Below the pieces are notes generated by a model. It was given only the letters and a program-made list of their open reading frames with translations. It did not search any database and was not told the origin of the DNA. Positions 21,114-30,400 of a stretch of 64,000 nt of DNA are shown piece by piece. Source of the stretch: Halobacteriovorax sp. JY17 (GTDB taxonomy: Bacteria > Bdellovibrionota > Bacteriovoracia > Bacteriovoracales > Bacteriovoracaceae); NCBI RefSeq assembly GCF_002753895.1, contig NZ_NJER01000001.1, positions 1,114,910-1,178,909 on the forward strand, written 5' to 3'. Numbering within the stretch: position 1 is the first letter of the stretch; each line of letters opens with the position of its first letter. The position numbers and the translations under genes were made by a program.

Positions 21114-22478
21114 ATGAAAATTTTACTGCTAATACCTCTCTATTTATTCTCAATGAATTCGTACAGCGCAACTGCCGCAATTTTAGACAACGGAGTTGAT
21201 CACACTCATAGTGAGCTTGAGGAAAATATCTATAGAAATTTAGATGAGAGACTTAACGGTTACGACGACGATCAAAATGGCTACATAGACGATATTCTAG
21301 GTTGGAACTTTGTCACTATGACAAATTCTACTTTTGATTTCTCTAGAGAGATCTACTTAACAACTGATATCGAAAGATACTATCACCTAAGAGCGAAGAA
21401 CTCCCTTGGAACAATTACAGAAGAAGAAACAAGAGAATATAATAAATTAAAGAAAGACTCTGATCTCTCGGATAGAAGAAAGGATTTTGTTTCTTGGATG
21501 CACGGAACCCATGTGGCAGGAATAGCCGCCAATAGCGAAGATCTTCCACAGGAAATTAACTCTAGTGATATAAAAATCTTCTCTGTCACCTATCTAGGTG
21601 ACGCGAAGTCTGGTCCAGCGAAAGCTCCAGAGTTTGAGGCCTTAAATACTAATAGTACATTTGCTGGGCAAAGACATCTTGAAAATTATTGGAAGAGTTT
21701 TCTTAAGTGGCAACTTAATAAATTTCAGCTTGGAGTAGATTACGCAGCATCAAAGGCCTCTGTCGTAAATGGATCATTTGGTCAAAGCTTTGAAGGTATT
21801 CAAGAGCGTATGGAAAATTATTATAAAGATCAATTTGGAAAAGAGATGAACTCTAAGGAGTCATTTGCAAGAACCACTACCTTTATGAAAGAGCTCATAG
21901 AGAAGTCTACACGAATTTTAAGTAAGCACCCTAATACACTCTTCGTTTTCTCCGCCGGCAATAAGAAGAATAACTCCGATGAGTATATTCACTTTCCAAG
22001 CGCTATTAGACTAGAGAACTCACTCTCAATTGGAGCCTCATTTGATTTTAAAGAAATGGCCTATTTTTCAAACTTTGGAAAGAAGACTGTAGACCTCTTC
22101 GCCCCAGGAATGGCCATTAGAAGCACTATTCCAAGACAAGGATACCTTGCAACAAATGGAACCAGTCAGGCTTCGCCATATGTTGTAAATATTGCGATCA
22201 AAGCACTAGCTCAAGCAGAGAGACTTGGTATTAAATTAAAAATTTATCAATTAAAAAATATTCTTCTTCAAACAGTCATAAAAAAGAGTGAACTTACTGA
22301 CCTATCAGTTTCAGGTGGAATTATTTTTCCAGAGAGAGTTTATCAGACAGTAAGAAACCTCAGACGATTTAACCTGACCAATTCCATCCAGTACGCAATC
22401 AGAAAGTATCCGACAAAATCAGTAACAGTAGAAAAACTCAATGACAATGGGCTATTTCTAGAGCTTCCTGAAAATTAA
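21114..22478 (+). CDS. Secreted S8 (subtilisin-like) serine protease
   Basis: Catalytic triad motifs AILDNGVD, HGTHVAGI and NGTSQASP; FSAGN oxyanion; DDDQNGYIDD insertion; signal peptide. Confidence 0.92.
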   Translation: MKILLLIPLYLFSMNSYSATAAILDNGVDHTHSELEENIYRNLDERLNGYDDDQNGYIDDILGWNFVTMTNSTFDFSREIYLTTDIERYYHLRAKNSLGTITEEETREYNKLKKDSDLSDRRKDFVSWMHGTHVAGIAANSEDLPQEINSSDIKIFSVTYLGDAKSGPAKAPEFEALNTNSTFAGQRHLENYWKSFLKWQLNKFQLGVDYAASKASVVNGSFGQSFEGIQERMENYYKDQFGKEMNSKESFARTTTFMKELIEKSTRILSKHPNTLFVFSAGNKKNNSDEYIHFPSAIRLENSLSIGASFDFKEMAYFSNFGKKTVDLFAPGMAIRSTIPRQGYLATNGTSQASPYVVNIAIKALAQAERLGIKLKIYQLKNILLQTVIKKSELTDLSVSGGIIFPERVYQTVRNLRRFNLTNSIQYAIRKYPTKSVTVEKLNDNGLFLELPEN

Positions 22479-22531
22479 TTCGGAAATTTATTCGCTTATT
22501 TTTGTGGATATAATTTAGATCTCTAAATTAT

Positions 22532-22558
22532 TCAAATTCCCTGAAAAACTCCCGATAA
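22532..22558 (+). promoter_or_regulatory. sigma28-type promoter
   Basis: TCAA-N15-CCCGATAA, 37 nt upstream of the 22596 start. Confidence 0.6.
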
Positions 22559-22595
22559 GTGGTATAGGAATATCTTGATTAAGGAGTGATCTTCC

Positions 22596-23510
22596 ATGTT
22601 TAGTAAAACAAATTTAACTACTGCACTTACACTTGGCTCTCTCTCACTATTTTTAGCCTCATGTTCATCAGGCTATTCATATAAGAAGCCAGAGTCTTTT
22701 GATGAAAAGATTAGTCGCTACCAGTCTCGTAGCATGAATACAAATCTTGTTCCAGAAGTCCAAGTAAATGAGAAATTCTCTTATAAATCTAAGCGAAGCA
22801 GAGGTCCAGCTTCTGTTCAAACTGAACAAGAAAGAGATGATGGTCTAAATCAATATAACAATAAGAGATTATACTTTCTTACTCTCTACTCTCAATATCA
22901 ATCTCTAAGACCTTTTGCTTCTAATGAAACAGTGGGACTAGAGATTAATCACTGTCCTAGTTTTCATTCAAGCTATCTAACCTACAATGAGAATTCATCT
23001 ACTCCTTCAAGTAAGAGAGAATATAAGCTCCCTTTTACGGATATGGCGATGATGGAAAATACAAGTTTCATGGCAAGTTATCCAGAGTTCTACCTACCTG
23101 TCTCTAAAAGTAGTGTTAGACCACGAGTTATTGATGTGGCAATTAAAGAAAAACTTAGTGCAACAGAGACGAGAAAATCAATTTCAAATGCTATTAATAT
23201 TCACCTAGCAAAGACCTATAGTGAACTAAGTGAATTATGTGAAACTGGTTCAAGTTCAAACTACTATGTTTATGAGAACTTAATGACTCACATTAAAACT
23301 AGGGATAAGATTTCAGCTAATGGTACTGGACTAAAGACTCTATTTAAGACAACACTATTCTCTAATATGGCACTAACAAGCTCGATCAAAAAGAATCAAA
23401 GAGTTAAGTCTAGAGGAATCGCTTCCTACGCTCAAAAGCAAAGCTTTGATAAGGAAGTAATCAAAAGACTTGAAGTTCCTTGGGTCGAGAGCTACTTACA
23501 AAGTAAATAA
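22596..23510 (+). CDS. Hypothetical lipoprotein
   Basis: Lipobox FLAS-C, AAGGAG RBS; contains RGPAS and RGIAS motifs. Confidence 0.75.
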   Translation: MFSKTNLTTALTLGSLSLFLASCSSGYSYKKPESFDEKISRYQSRSMNTNLVPEVQVNEKFSYKSKRSRGPASVQTEQERDDGLNQYNNKRLYFLTLYSQYQSLRPFASNETVGLEINHCPSFHSSYLTYNENSSTPSSKREYKLPFTDMAMMENTSFMASYPEFYLPVSKSSVRPRVIDVAIKEKLSATETRKSISNAINIHLAKTYSELSELCETGSSSNYYVYENLMTHIKTRDKISANGTGLKTLFKTTLFSNMALTSSIKKNQRVKSRGIASYAQKQSFDKEVIKRLEVPWVESYLQSK

Positions 23511-23519
23511 TTCAAACCT

Positions 23520-23542
23520 AGGCCCTAATCAGGGCCTTTTTT
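23520..23542 (+). terminator. Intrinsic terminator
   Basis: AGGCCCT-AATC-AGGGCCT followed by a T-run. Confidence 0.8.
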
Positions 23543-23564
23543 CATCTCTATGCTATAATGATTT

Positions 23565-23981
23565 ATGACTAAAAAAGTAATCGTAAGCGCCTGTCTCGCC
23601 GGACTAAATTGTAGATACGACGGAGATAATAAGAGGCGTGAAGACATTGTTGAAATGGTTAAACGCGGAGAAGCTATCCCTGTGTGCCCTGAGCAACTTG
23701 GAGGCCTTAGTACCCCCAGAGAGCCTGCTGAAGCTGTAGAAGAGAAGGTACTCACAATCAATGGTAGAGATGTCACTTTTGAGTATAGTAGAGGTGCAGA
23801 TGAGGCCTTTCTAATTACACAAATGTCAGGAGCAACTGAAGCCCTATTAAAGAGCAAGTCTCCCATGTGTGGTGTGGGCTCCGTCTATGATGGGAGTTTC
23901 ACAGGTACTATGAAGAATGATGATGGTATTTTTACCAAACTCTTAAAAAAGGCCGGTATAAAAGTCACTCCAGTAGACTAG
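23565..23981 (+). CDS. DUF523 family protein (2-thiouracil desulfidase TudS-like)
   Basis: VSACL.G..CRYDG, PVCPEQLGGL.TPR and LKSKSP.CG motifs. Confidence 0.88.
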   Translation: MTKKVIVSACLAGLNCRYDGDNKRREDIVEMVKRGEAIPVCPEQLGGLSTPREPAEAVEEKVLTINGRDVTFEYSRGADEAFLITQMSGATEALLKSKSPMCGVGSVYDGSFTGTMKNDDGIFTKLLKKAGIKVTPVD

Positions 23982-25438
23982 AGATTTGTTGGAAACTCAA
24001 GAGTGATTGTTGTATTTTCTTTTGAGTTATCTATAAAAAGTCTTCCATTATGTTCTTTAGCTGTTGAAGAAGAAATACTTAATCCAAGTCCTGTTCCCTC
24101 ACCAATATCCTTCGTCGTAAAAAAAGGTTCGAACATTTTCTCTTGAATTTCTCCAGGAATCCCTCCCCCACAGTCTACGACAGAAAAGCTTATTAAATCA
24201 TCACCTTTCACTACAATTAACTTAATCCAAGGCTTGTCCATTCCCTTTATTTCGTCGCGAGCATTATTTAAAAGATTTATTATAACCTGAGTGATCTTAA
24301 CTTCCTGACATTGAATCTCAGTCGAAAAATCAAAACCTATAAACTCTGTAGTAATATCTATTCCCTTTTCATTGAGAGACATTTGACAAAGATCAAGTAG
24401 TCTTTCAATTAAATCATAAATTACAACAGTCTCAAACTTCTCTCCAGCAGTATCTCTTGATAACCTCTTCAAAGAAGTAATCGTCTTAGTCATTCTCTCA
24501 ACAGTCCTATTTATCATACTCCCAAAGTGCTTCAATCGATCTCGGTCTAATTCATCATCACGTAAGAGGTGAAGGATTTTCTTTCCACTAAATGATAGAA
24601 CTGTAAGTGGATTATTAATTTCATGAGCAATATTTGCGGCCATCTCCCCTAGACTGGCAAGTCTAGCAGAATTTATTGAAGCGGATTTTTGAAGCTGAAT
24701 CTCACGTTCTTGTCTTTGAATTTTCTCATTTGTTTCAAAGTTTGCTCTCTCAACTCTCTCTAACATATTATTAATTGAGTCTTTCACATAATCTAATTCA
24801 TCAATATCTGGACTTCCCTTCTTTAAGGAAAGCCTCTCAATATTTAGTGAGTTAAGATCTGCCTTCTTTAAGAAATTAACAATATAATCGAGATGCTTTG
24901 TCACCAAAATTCTAAAGAGATAGAGCATCGCTAAAATCACCATTAGAGTCTTAACAAATTGGGCCAGAAAGAAGTTAATTAGCTTCGAGATTAAATTTTC
25001 ATTAATATGAGCTTTTGTCGCCCAAATAACAAGCTCTCCAAGTTGATGAGAATATTTATTCTCTTTTAAAAAGAGAGGGAACTTTGCAGAGAATTTATCA
25101 AGCATTTTATATTCTGCTTCAGTATTTTGATAATAGATCTGTCCATCTTCATCATAAATAGCAACTCCTACAATATCTCGAAGTTTTAAAATGGAGTCCA
25201 GCTGTACTTGAATCTGTAAATCATCTAAGTTCCATAAAGATCTCGACAAGGACGTAGAATTTGAACCTCCAATATGAGTCAAGGTTTGATTCAAGTAAGC
25301 TAAATCTCTCTTATATTCAATGTAATACTGAAGTGCTGTTGTAAATAACGTAATGACAGAAGAAGCAAGTAGAATGGCAACCATAAGCTTTCGCCTAAGA
25401 GAGATAAATTTTTTAAATTTTAGATTATCTACTGCCAT
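23978..25438 (-). CDS. Membrane-bound sensor histidine kinase (orphan in this window)
   Basis: Two TM segments around a periplasmic domain, H-box AHEINNPL, N-box NLLNNA, D/F/G boxes DCGGGI, FEPFFTTK and GTGLGL. Confidence 0.93.
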   Translation of the reverse strand: MAVDNLKFKKFISLRRKLMVAILLASSVITLFTTALQYYIEYKRDLAYLNQTLTHIGGSNSTSLSRSLWNLDDLQIQVQLDSILKLRDIVGVAIYDEDGQIYYQNTEAEYKMLDKFSAKFPLFLKENKYSHQLGELVIWATKAHINENLISKLINFFLAQFVKTLMVILAMLYLFRILVTKHLDYIVNFLKKADLNSLNIERLSLKKGSPDIDELDYVKDSINNMLERVERANFETNEKIQRQEREIQLQKSASINSARLASLGEMAANIAHEINNPLTVLSFSGKKILHLLRDDELDRDRLKHFGSMINRTVERMTKTITSLKRLSRDTAGEKFETVVIYDLIERLLDLCQMSLNEKGIDITTEFIGFDFSTEIQCQEVKITQVIINLLNNARDEIKGMDKPWIKLIVVKGDDLISFSVVDCGGGIPGEIQEKMFEPFFTTKDIGEGTGLGLSISSSTAKEHNGRLFIDNSKENTTITLEFPTNL

Positions 25439-25500
25439 AACTATAAGAACTTTTGTTAATTGATATAAATATTTTACATGAAAATTAGCAATAGCATAAT

Positions 25501-25526
25501 AAAAAAGGCCTCACATTCGTGAGGCC
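25501..25526 (-). terminator. Intrinsic terminator of flagellin gene
   Basis: GGCCTCAC-4nt-GTGAGGCC hairpin with a U-run on the minus strand. Confidence 0.85.
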
Positions 25527-25558
25527 GGTATGCAGGTATTTAAATTTTAAAAATCTAA

Positions 25559-26392
25559 TTAACCGATAAGCTTAAGAGCTGCTTGTCCTTGAGAGTTAGA
25601 CTGTGCAAGAACCGAAGTACCAGCATTTGTAAGAATATTAAGTTTAGTATTCTTAGCAGTCTCTGCAGCAAAGTCAGTGTCTCTAATTCGAGAGTTTGCA
25701 GCATTTAAGTTCTCAGAACTAATTTGTAGGTTATTGATAGTAGAACTTAGTCTGTTCTGCTTCGCACCTAGCTCCGCTCTTTGTCCAGAAACCATTTGAA
25801 TCGCTGTATCTAATGACTCAAGCCCTGTCTGAGCATCATCTTTAGAAGATACTGATAACCCGTCTACTCCCATATTTGAGATTGAAGAGTTCAGTACTTG
25901 TGTATCAAATGAAATTCTATCCTGGAATTCATCGTTGTTAATACCGATTTGGAAGTCATACTTATCTCCAGCACCATTTAATAGCTTCTTACCGTTAAAT
26001 TCAGTTACTTGAGAAATACGTTCCATTTCTTGCTTTAAATTTTGATATTCTAAATCAGTAAACTTTCTCTCCGCATCACCAACTGTGTCCGATGCTGATT
26101 GAACTGAAAGTTCTCTCATTCTTACTAGGATGTTACCAATCTCTGATAAACCGCCTTCTGCAGTTTGGATCATTGAGATACCATCGTTAGCGTTTCTTTC
26201 TGCTTGATTTGTAGACTTGATTTGAGCTTTCATCTTTTCAGAGATCGCTAAACCTGCAGCATCATCAGCTGATCTTACAATTCTTGTTCCAGAAGATAAT
26301 TTGTTTAAAGTCTTGGCCTGTTCACCATTGTTAACACCCAAAGTTCTTTGAGCTGATAGTGAAGTTGTGTTAGTTGCAATACGCAAACCCAT
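25559..26392 (-). CDS. fliC: Flagellin (short, 277 aa)
   Basis: [50 protein letters not shown] end. Confidence 0.97.
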   Translation of the reverse strand: MGLRIATNTTSLSAQRTLGVNNGEQAKTLNKLSSGTRIVRSADDAAGLAISEKMKAQIKSTNQAERNANDGISMIQTAEGGLSEIGNILVRMRELSVQSASDTVGDAERKFTDLEYQNLKQEMERISQVTEFNGKKLLNGAGDKYDFQIGINNDEFQDRISFDTQVLNSSISNMGVDGLSVSSKDDAQTGLESLDTAIQMVSGQRAELGAKQNRLSSTINNLQISSENLNAANSRIRDTDFAAETAKNTKLNILTNAGTSVLAQSNSQGQAALKLIG

Positions 26393-26514
26393 ATGATTCC
26401 TCCTTGTTAGTCCGTCCTTTCTAAGACTTGATCACCGTACCGTGAGGATCAATAAGCATACTGCTATAGATGAATTTTAATGAAACAGTCGTTGTGACCT
26501 TTGTTTCATAAAAC

Positions 26515-26541
26515 TATTCGGAGACGATCAGATATACTTAA
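26515..26541 (-). promoter_or_regulatory. sigma28-type promoter of fliC
   Basis: TTAAGTAT-N11-TCCGAATA on the minus strand, about 120 nt upstream of the flagellin ATG. Confidence 0.65.
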
Positions 26542-26628
26542 GACTTTTTTTAACATTTCTTAAAAATAATACCTGACAAAAGTGCTACCAACCCATTAAA
26601 AATATTCACTATAAAGGTAAGTTCCTAG

Positions 26629-26655
26629 TAAACTTTGAGCTTAAAATGACGATAA
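26629..26655 (+). promoter_or_regulatory. sigma28-type promoter of the CheY/CheX operon (possibly leaderless)
   Basis: TAAA-N15-GACGATAA ending 6 nt before the ATG at 26662; no RBS in between. Confidence 0.6.
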
Positions 26656-26661
26656 AATAGC

Positions 26662-29361
26662 ATGAGTACAAAGCCACTTATATTTATATATCCCCTTTCA
26701 GAAACAATGAAGAAACTCAAAGAAGCAATTGAGGAAATTTCAGAATCTGAAGGTGTTGAGATCTATGAAGTCGATGACTTAACGGAAGTGGCCCAGCTTG
26801 TTCCTACAATTGGACAGTCTCTATCTATCTACGGCGCCCCTAAGAAATGTGCCATGGCCCTAAAGCAATTAAAGAAAATTAATTCCAAACTTAACTCAAA
26901 AGTTCTTCTCTTAAATGAAAAATCTATTCCAAGAAAGACGTTAGATAAGTTTTCTAAAATAGGTCTTACTGAATTTATTCAAGAACCTGTTCCAGCGAAA
27001 ACACTACTCTATAAAGTAAAGCTCCAGCTAAAATCGATAGTGAATGACGAATTTGACGAAGAAGAGGAAGAAGTTGGAGTTAAATCTTCTAATGAGTCTA
27101 CTGAAGAAGCTGATGAATCTGTCTACAAATCTTCGAAGAACAATAATCAAGGCGATGAAGAAGATGACGGTCTTGATTATTTAACAAAGAAGAAGAAAAA
27201 GGCAGCTTTTGAAATAGAACAAGCGGAAAAAAAGAAAAAGAAAAGTAATTACCATGAAGAAGAAATAGATTCTCACTGGCAAGGGAAGTTAACAAAAGAA
27301 GAACTCTCTCTAGAAGACGTAGATCTCCCAGAAAAAGAAAAAGCTAACGAAAACCTCATTGATAATTATCTTAGAGGAAAACAAGATACTCACGAAAATA
27401 TTGGTGATGAAGAAGAGCAAAGAAGAAAGAATAACTATAGAGATGAGATATTAGACGAGAACTTAAGCTCTAATGCAAAGAGAGATAGTCTCGAGGCAGA
27501 CTACGCTACCCACAAGAACAAAGCTCATACAGAACTAGACCTTGATGACATAAAGAAAGATCTCCAAAGAGAGCTACAATCAGACCTCACCCACTACAAA
27601 GGCTCAGTTAGCACTCATGAAGAAGAGAGTGAAGACGAGGAAAAGAAAAAGAAGAAAGGATCAACTATTTTAAATGTTGAGCAAGAAAAAGACTTCACCG
27701 ACTATGATGAAGATGATGAGCACCTTTCCAAGAAAAAGAAAAAACCTCTCACTATTTTGAATATGGAAGAAAAGGAGCTCACACAAGAGCACTACGAAGA
27801 AGAAAGTGAAGAAAAGAAGAAAAAGAGTCATCAAGAGACTCTAGAGGTAGAAAAACCAGCTTCTGAAAGTCTAGTAGAGCATCTTAATAGTGAAGAAACT
27901 AGCGGAAAAGGATCCACAGATAAACTCGACAAGTACCTTAGAGGTGGTTCGGCCAAGAAAGGTCAAGAGGAAGAAAATAAAGAAGATGAGAAAGACTTAA
28001 AAACGTCGGCAGAGATTAGCTTAGAAGAGAATGATTTAGACCTAGATGATCAAGAAGAGAATGAAGATAAGAACTCTAAAGACTATAATAAAGATGCGGA
28101 ACTTAAAATTGATCGAGCAAAGAAAGATTTAGAAAAAGAAGAACACTCTTATGAAGAAGAGAGTGAGGATTATCTGAAAAAGAAGAAAAGTGTCGATTTA
28201 CAATTTGATCCTTCTTCAAAAGAAAAGTCCGAATTAGAAGAGGAAGAAGAAAGAAACTATCAGCACAAAAAAGAAAAGTCCGCAGAGCTTGAAGAGAGAG
28301 AGAAGCAGGCTAGAACGAAGCAAGAGATAGAAGAAGAAAAGAAGAATAAAACTCATGAGTCTAAGACTGATAACTTGACCAAAGAGAAAATGAAATCCGA
28401 TAGTAAAGTTGACAAGATTCAGACTCATTATAGCAGTGAAGCAAGCGTTAGCCACGTAGACGATGATTGGAATTTTTCGAAATCTGAAAAGAAAGTCGAA
28501 AAAGAAGAGTCACTTAGAAAAGACCTTAGCGAAAGTATGAGCTATGGAGAAAAAGTGGATCTAGGTGAGCAAACTATTGATTATAGAAAACTAAAGGATG
28601 AGTTTGGCGGAATCACCATTGATAGATCAGGAAACTCTCTTAAGAAAACTGGTCCCAAATACTACGGCGGAGGTCCAGGTCGAAAAGCTAAAACACCAAG
28701 CTATTATAGAGATGATGAAGAACAAAGCGAAGAACTACTAAATGAAGAGAGTACTGAAGAGCAAATGACTTCTGAAGATCAAATATTTGAGCCTATCTCA
28801 AAGGGTCTAGAAAATATAATTAAGGTCTTAAATTTCTATAACCTTAACAAAGATGCTGATGAGCAGGCCTATAAGTATGTCTCTAAGATTATTCAAAGTA
28901 ACTTCAATGGTGAAATGGCCTTATTCTACTATGATGAAAAAAAATCTAGAGTTAATGAAGCTACTAACTCTCTAAACCTTTTAGGAGATATGGAACTCGA
29001 AGCCAAGAAACCTATATGGGATAAATTATTTTCAAGAAGCTATAGGTCATGGAAGGATATTAAACTTCCAACATGGAGTGATGAAACATTTCAAGATGAT
29101 AATATTCAATTTATCTACCCCTATTTTGAGGGAGCAAGCCTCATGGGATTTGCTGTGACATGGTTTACAAATAAGTTTGATGAAAAAAGATGTCGAGAAC
29201 TAGAGGTCACACTTGAAACTCTTAGAGGGTTTCTCATCGCAAATTTTAGGAAAGGAATGCACACTGGTGAATATAATGGGCAAGAGAAGAAAGAAGAGAA
29301 AGTAAAATCAAATCCTATAAAATCCTTATTTGGAAGTCTATTTAAAAGGAAGGCATCTTAA
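26662..29361 (+). CDS. Pseudo-receiver + about 580-aa charged low-complexity region + C-terminal GAF-like domain
   Basis: N-terminus ends GLTEFIQEPV..KTLLYKVK, like a receiver beta5-alpha5 without the conserved Lys. Residues about 127-705 are E/K/D/S-rich. C-terminal YPYFEGASLMGF...FDEKRCRELE resembles a GAF end. Confidence 0.6.
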   Translation: MSTKPLIFIYPLSETMKKLKEAIEEISESEGVEIYEVDDLTEVAQLVPTIGQSLSIYGAPKKCAMALKQLKKINSKLNSKVLLLNEKSIPRKTLDKFSKIGLTEFIQEPVPAKTLLYKVKLQLKSIVNDEFDEEEEEVGVKSSNESTEEADESVYKSSKNNNQGDEEDDGLDYLTKKKKKAAFEIEQAEKKKKKSNYHEEEIDSHWQGKLTKEELSLEDVDLPEKEKANENLIDNYLRGKQDTHENIGDEEEQRRKNNYRDEILDENLSSNAKRDSLEADYATHKNKAHTELDLDDIKKDLQRELQSDLTHYKGSVSTHEEESEDEEKKKKKGSTILNVEQEKDFTDYDEDDEHLSKKKKKPLTILNMEEKELTQEHYEEESEEKKKKSHQETLEVEKPASESLVEHLNSEETSGKGSTDKLDKYLRGGSAKKGQEEENKEDEKDLKTSAEISLEENDLDLDDQEENEDKNSKDYNKDAELKIDRAKKDLEKEEHSYEEESEDYLKKKKSVDLQFDPSSKEKSELEEEEERNYQHKKEKSAELEEREKQARTKQEIEEEKKNKTHESKTDNLTKEKMKSDSKVDKIQTHYSSEASVSHVDDDWNFSKSEKKVEKEESLRKDLSESMSYGEKVDLGEQTIDYRKLKDEFGGITIDRSGNSLKKTGPKYYGGGPGRKAKTPSYYRDDEEQSEELLNEESTEEQMTSEDQIFEPISKGLENIIKVLNFYNLNKDADEQAYKYVSKIIQSNFNGEMALFYYDEKKSRVNEATNSLNLLGDMELEAKKPIWDKLFSRSYRSWKDIKLPTWSDETFQDDNIQFIYPYFEGASLMGFAVTWFTNKFDEKRCRELEVTLETLRGFLIANFRKGMHTGEYNGQEKKEEKVKSNPIKSLFGSLFKRKAS

Positions 29362-30392
29362 TGGCCATTACAGATAATTACTTCTTTATCGAATTAGAAG
29401 ATCTTTCTGAAAAGAAGATTTTTCCTTATCACCTCTTTGTCTTTAATCCTGCCAATGAATCTGTCAGTCCTTTCTTAAAAGCAAATTCTCCTCTCGTTGG
29501 TGATAAGCTTGATTTTCTTGAGTTTATATTAAGTAAAGGTGGTCGCTTAGCAGTCGATAGGAAGCAAAAGAAAACTTTTTTAAGTACTCATTCTTTAATT
29601 GAAGAAGAATTTAAGGGCCTTCAAGAAACTATTCATTACTTGGATGAAAAGAGGGCTGAAAAAATTCAAGAACTAGAGAAACAGACTAGTATTCTGGGAG
29701 AGATGAAGTTTAAAGAAGAGCTTCTAAGCTCAATCACTGATGATGACTATATGTCTATGATTGAAAGAGTAAGGCTAGAGACTGATACTTTTAGTGCACG
29801 AGTCTCCCACACAGTAAGCTTAGCCAGCTACTTATGTGAAAAACTCTTAGTTGAAGATAATTTTGTGAATAGAGTTGTTGCAGTCTCTTACTACTTAGCA
29901 AAGAACTGCGATATGAAAGACGAGCAGACGCTAGGAGATTTAATTTGTGCTGCATTCTTTAGTCATATTGGAATGACTCAACTAGATTATAACCTAGGTC
30001 ATAAAGCACATTTAGAATATAATAAGAGTGAGTTAAAAGAATATAAGAAACACCCTAATCTCTCTCACCACTTACTAAATAAGAGCGAAGTTGAGCTTAG
30101 TAATAGATGCATGAATATTATATTCCAGCATCATGAAAGAAATGATGGTTCTGGCTTTCCAATGTATAAGAAAGGGGAACATATTGATCAACTTTCATTA
30201 ATACTTGGTGCAGTATCTCATATATTTGAATACTCAGAAGGAAAAGTGACTGGAACAAAGACGAATATGACAACAGTTATAAGAAATTTAAAAAATAAAT
30301 CTTTCACTGCTGGACTAGAGTTCGAGTTTGGAGATAAAATATACGAAAGCTTAGTAAATATAATTAACACAGAGACAGAAGAAGCTGCTTAG
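29361..30392 (+). CDS. Degenerate HD-GYP-domain protein
   Basis: QHHERNDGSGFP...KGEHI and KKHP..S motifs are present. The HD dyad position reads AAFFSHIG and GYP reads GFP. Start overlaps the upstream stop. Confidence 0.8.
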   Translation: MAITDNYFFIELEDLSEKKIFPYHLFVFNPANESVSPFLKANSPLVGDKLDFLEFILSKGGRLAVDRKQKKTFLSTHSLIEEEFKGLQETIHYLDEKRAEKIQELEKQTSILGEMKFKEELLSSITDDDYMSMIERVRLETDTFSARVSHTVSLASYLCEKLLVEDNFVNRVVAVSYYLAKNCDMKDEQTLGDLICAAFFSHIGMTQLDYNLGHKAHLEYNKSELKEYKKHPNLSHHLLNKSEVELSNRCMNIIFQHHERNDGSGFPMYKKGEHIDQLSLILGAVSHIFEYSEGKVTGTKTNMTTVIRNLKNKSFTAGLEFEFGDKIYESLVNIINTETEEAA

Positions 30393-30400
30393 GAGAAAAG

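Noticed and set aside
23525-23866. 113-aa minus-strand ORF
   Set aside because: Antisense shadow of the well-supported DUF523 gene and runs through a terminator.
26662-29361. Low-complexity 899-aa ORF as a spurious or pseudogene region
   Set aside because: It is uninterrupted for 2.7 kb, has folded-looking ends, has its own promoter motif and is translationally coupled to the next gene.
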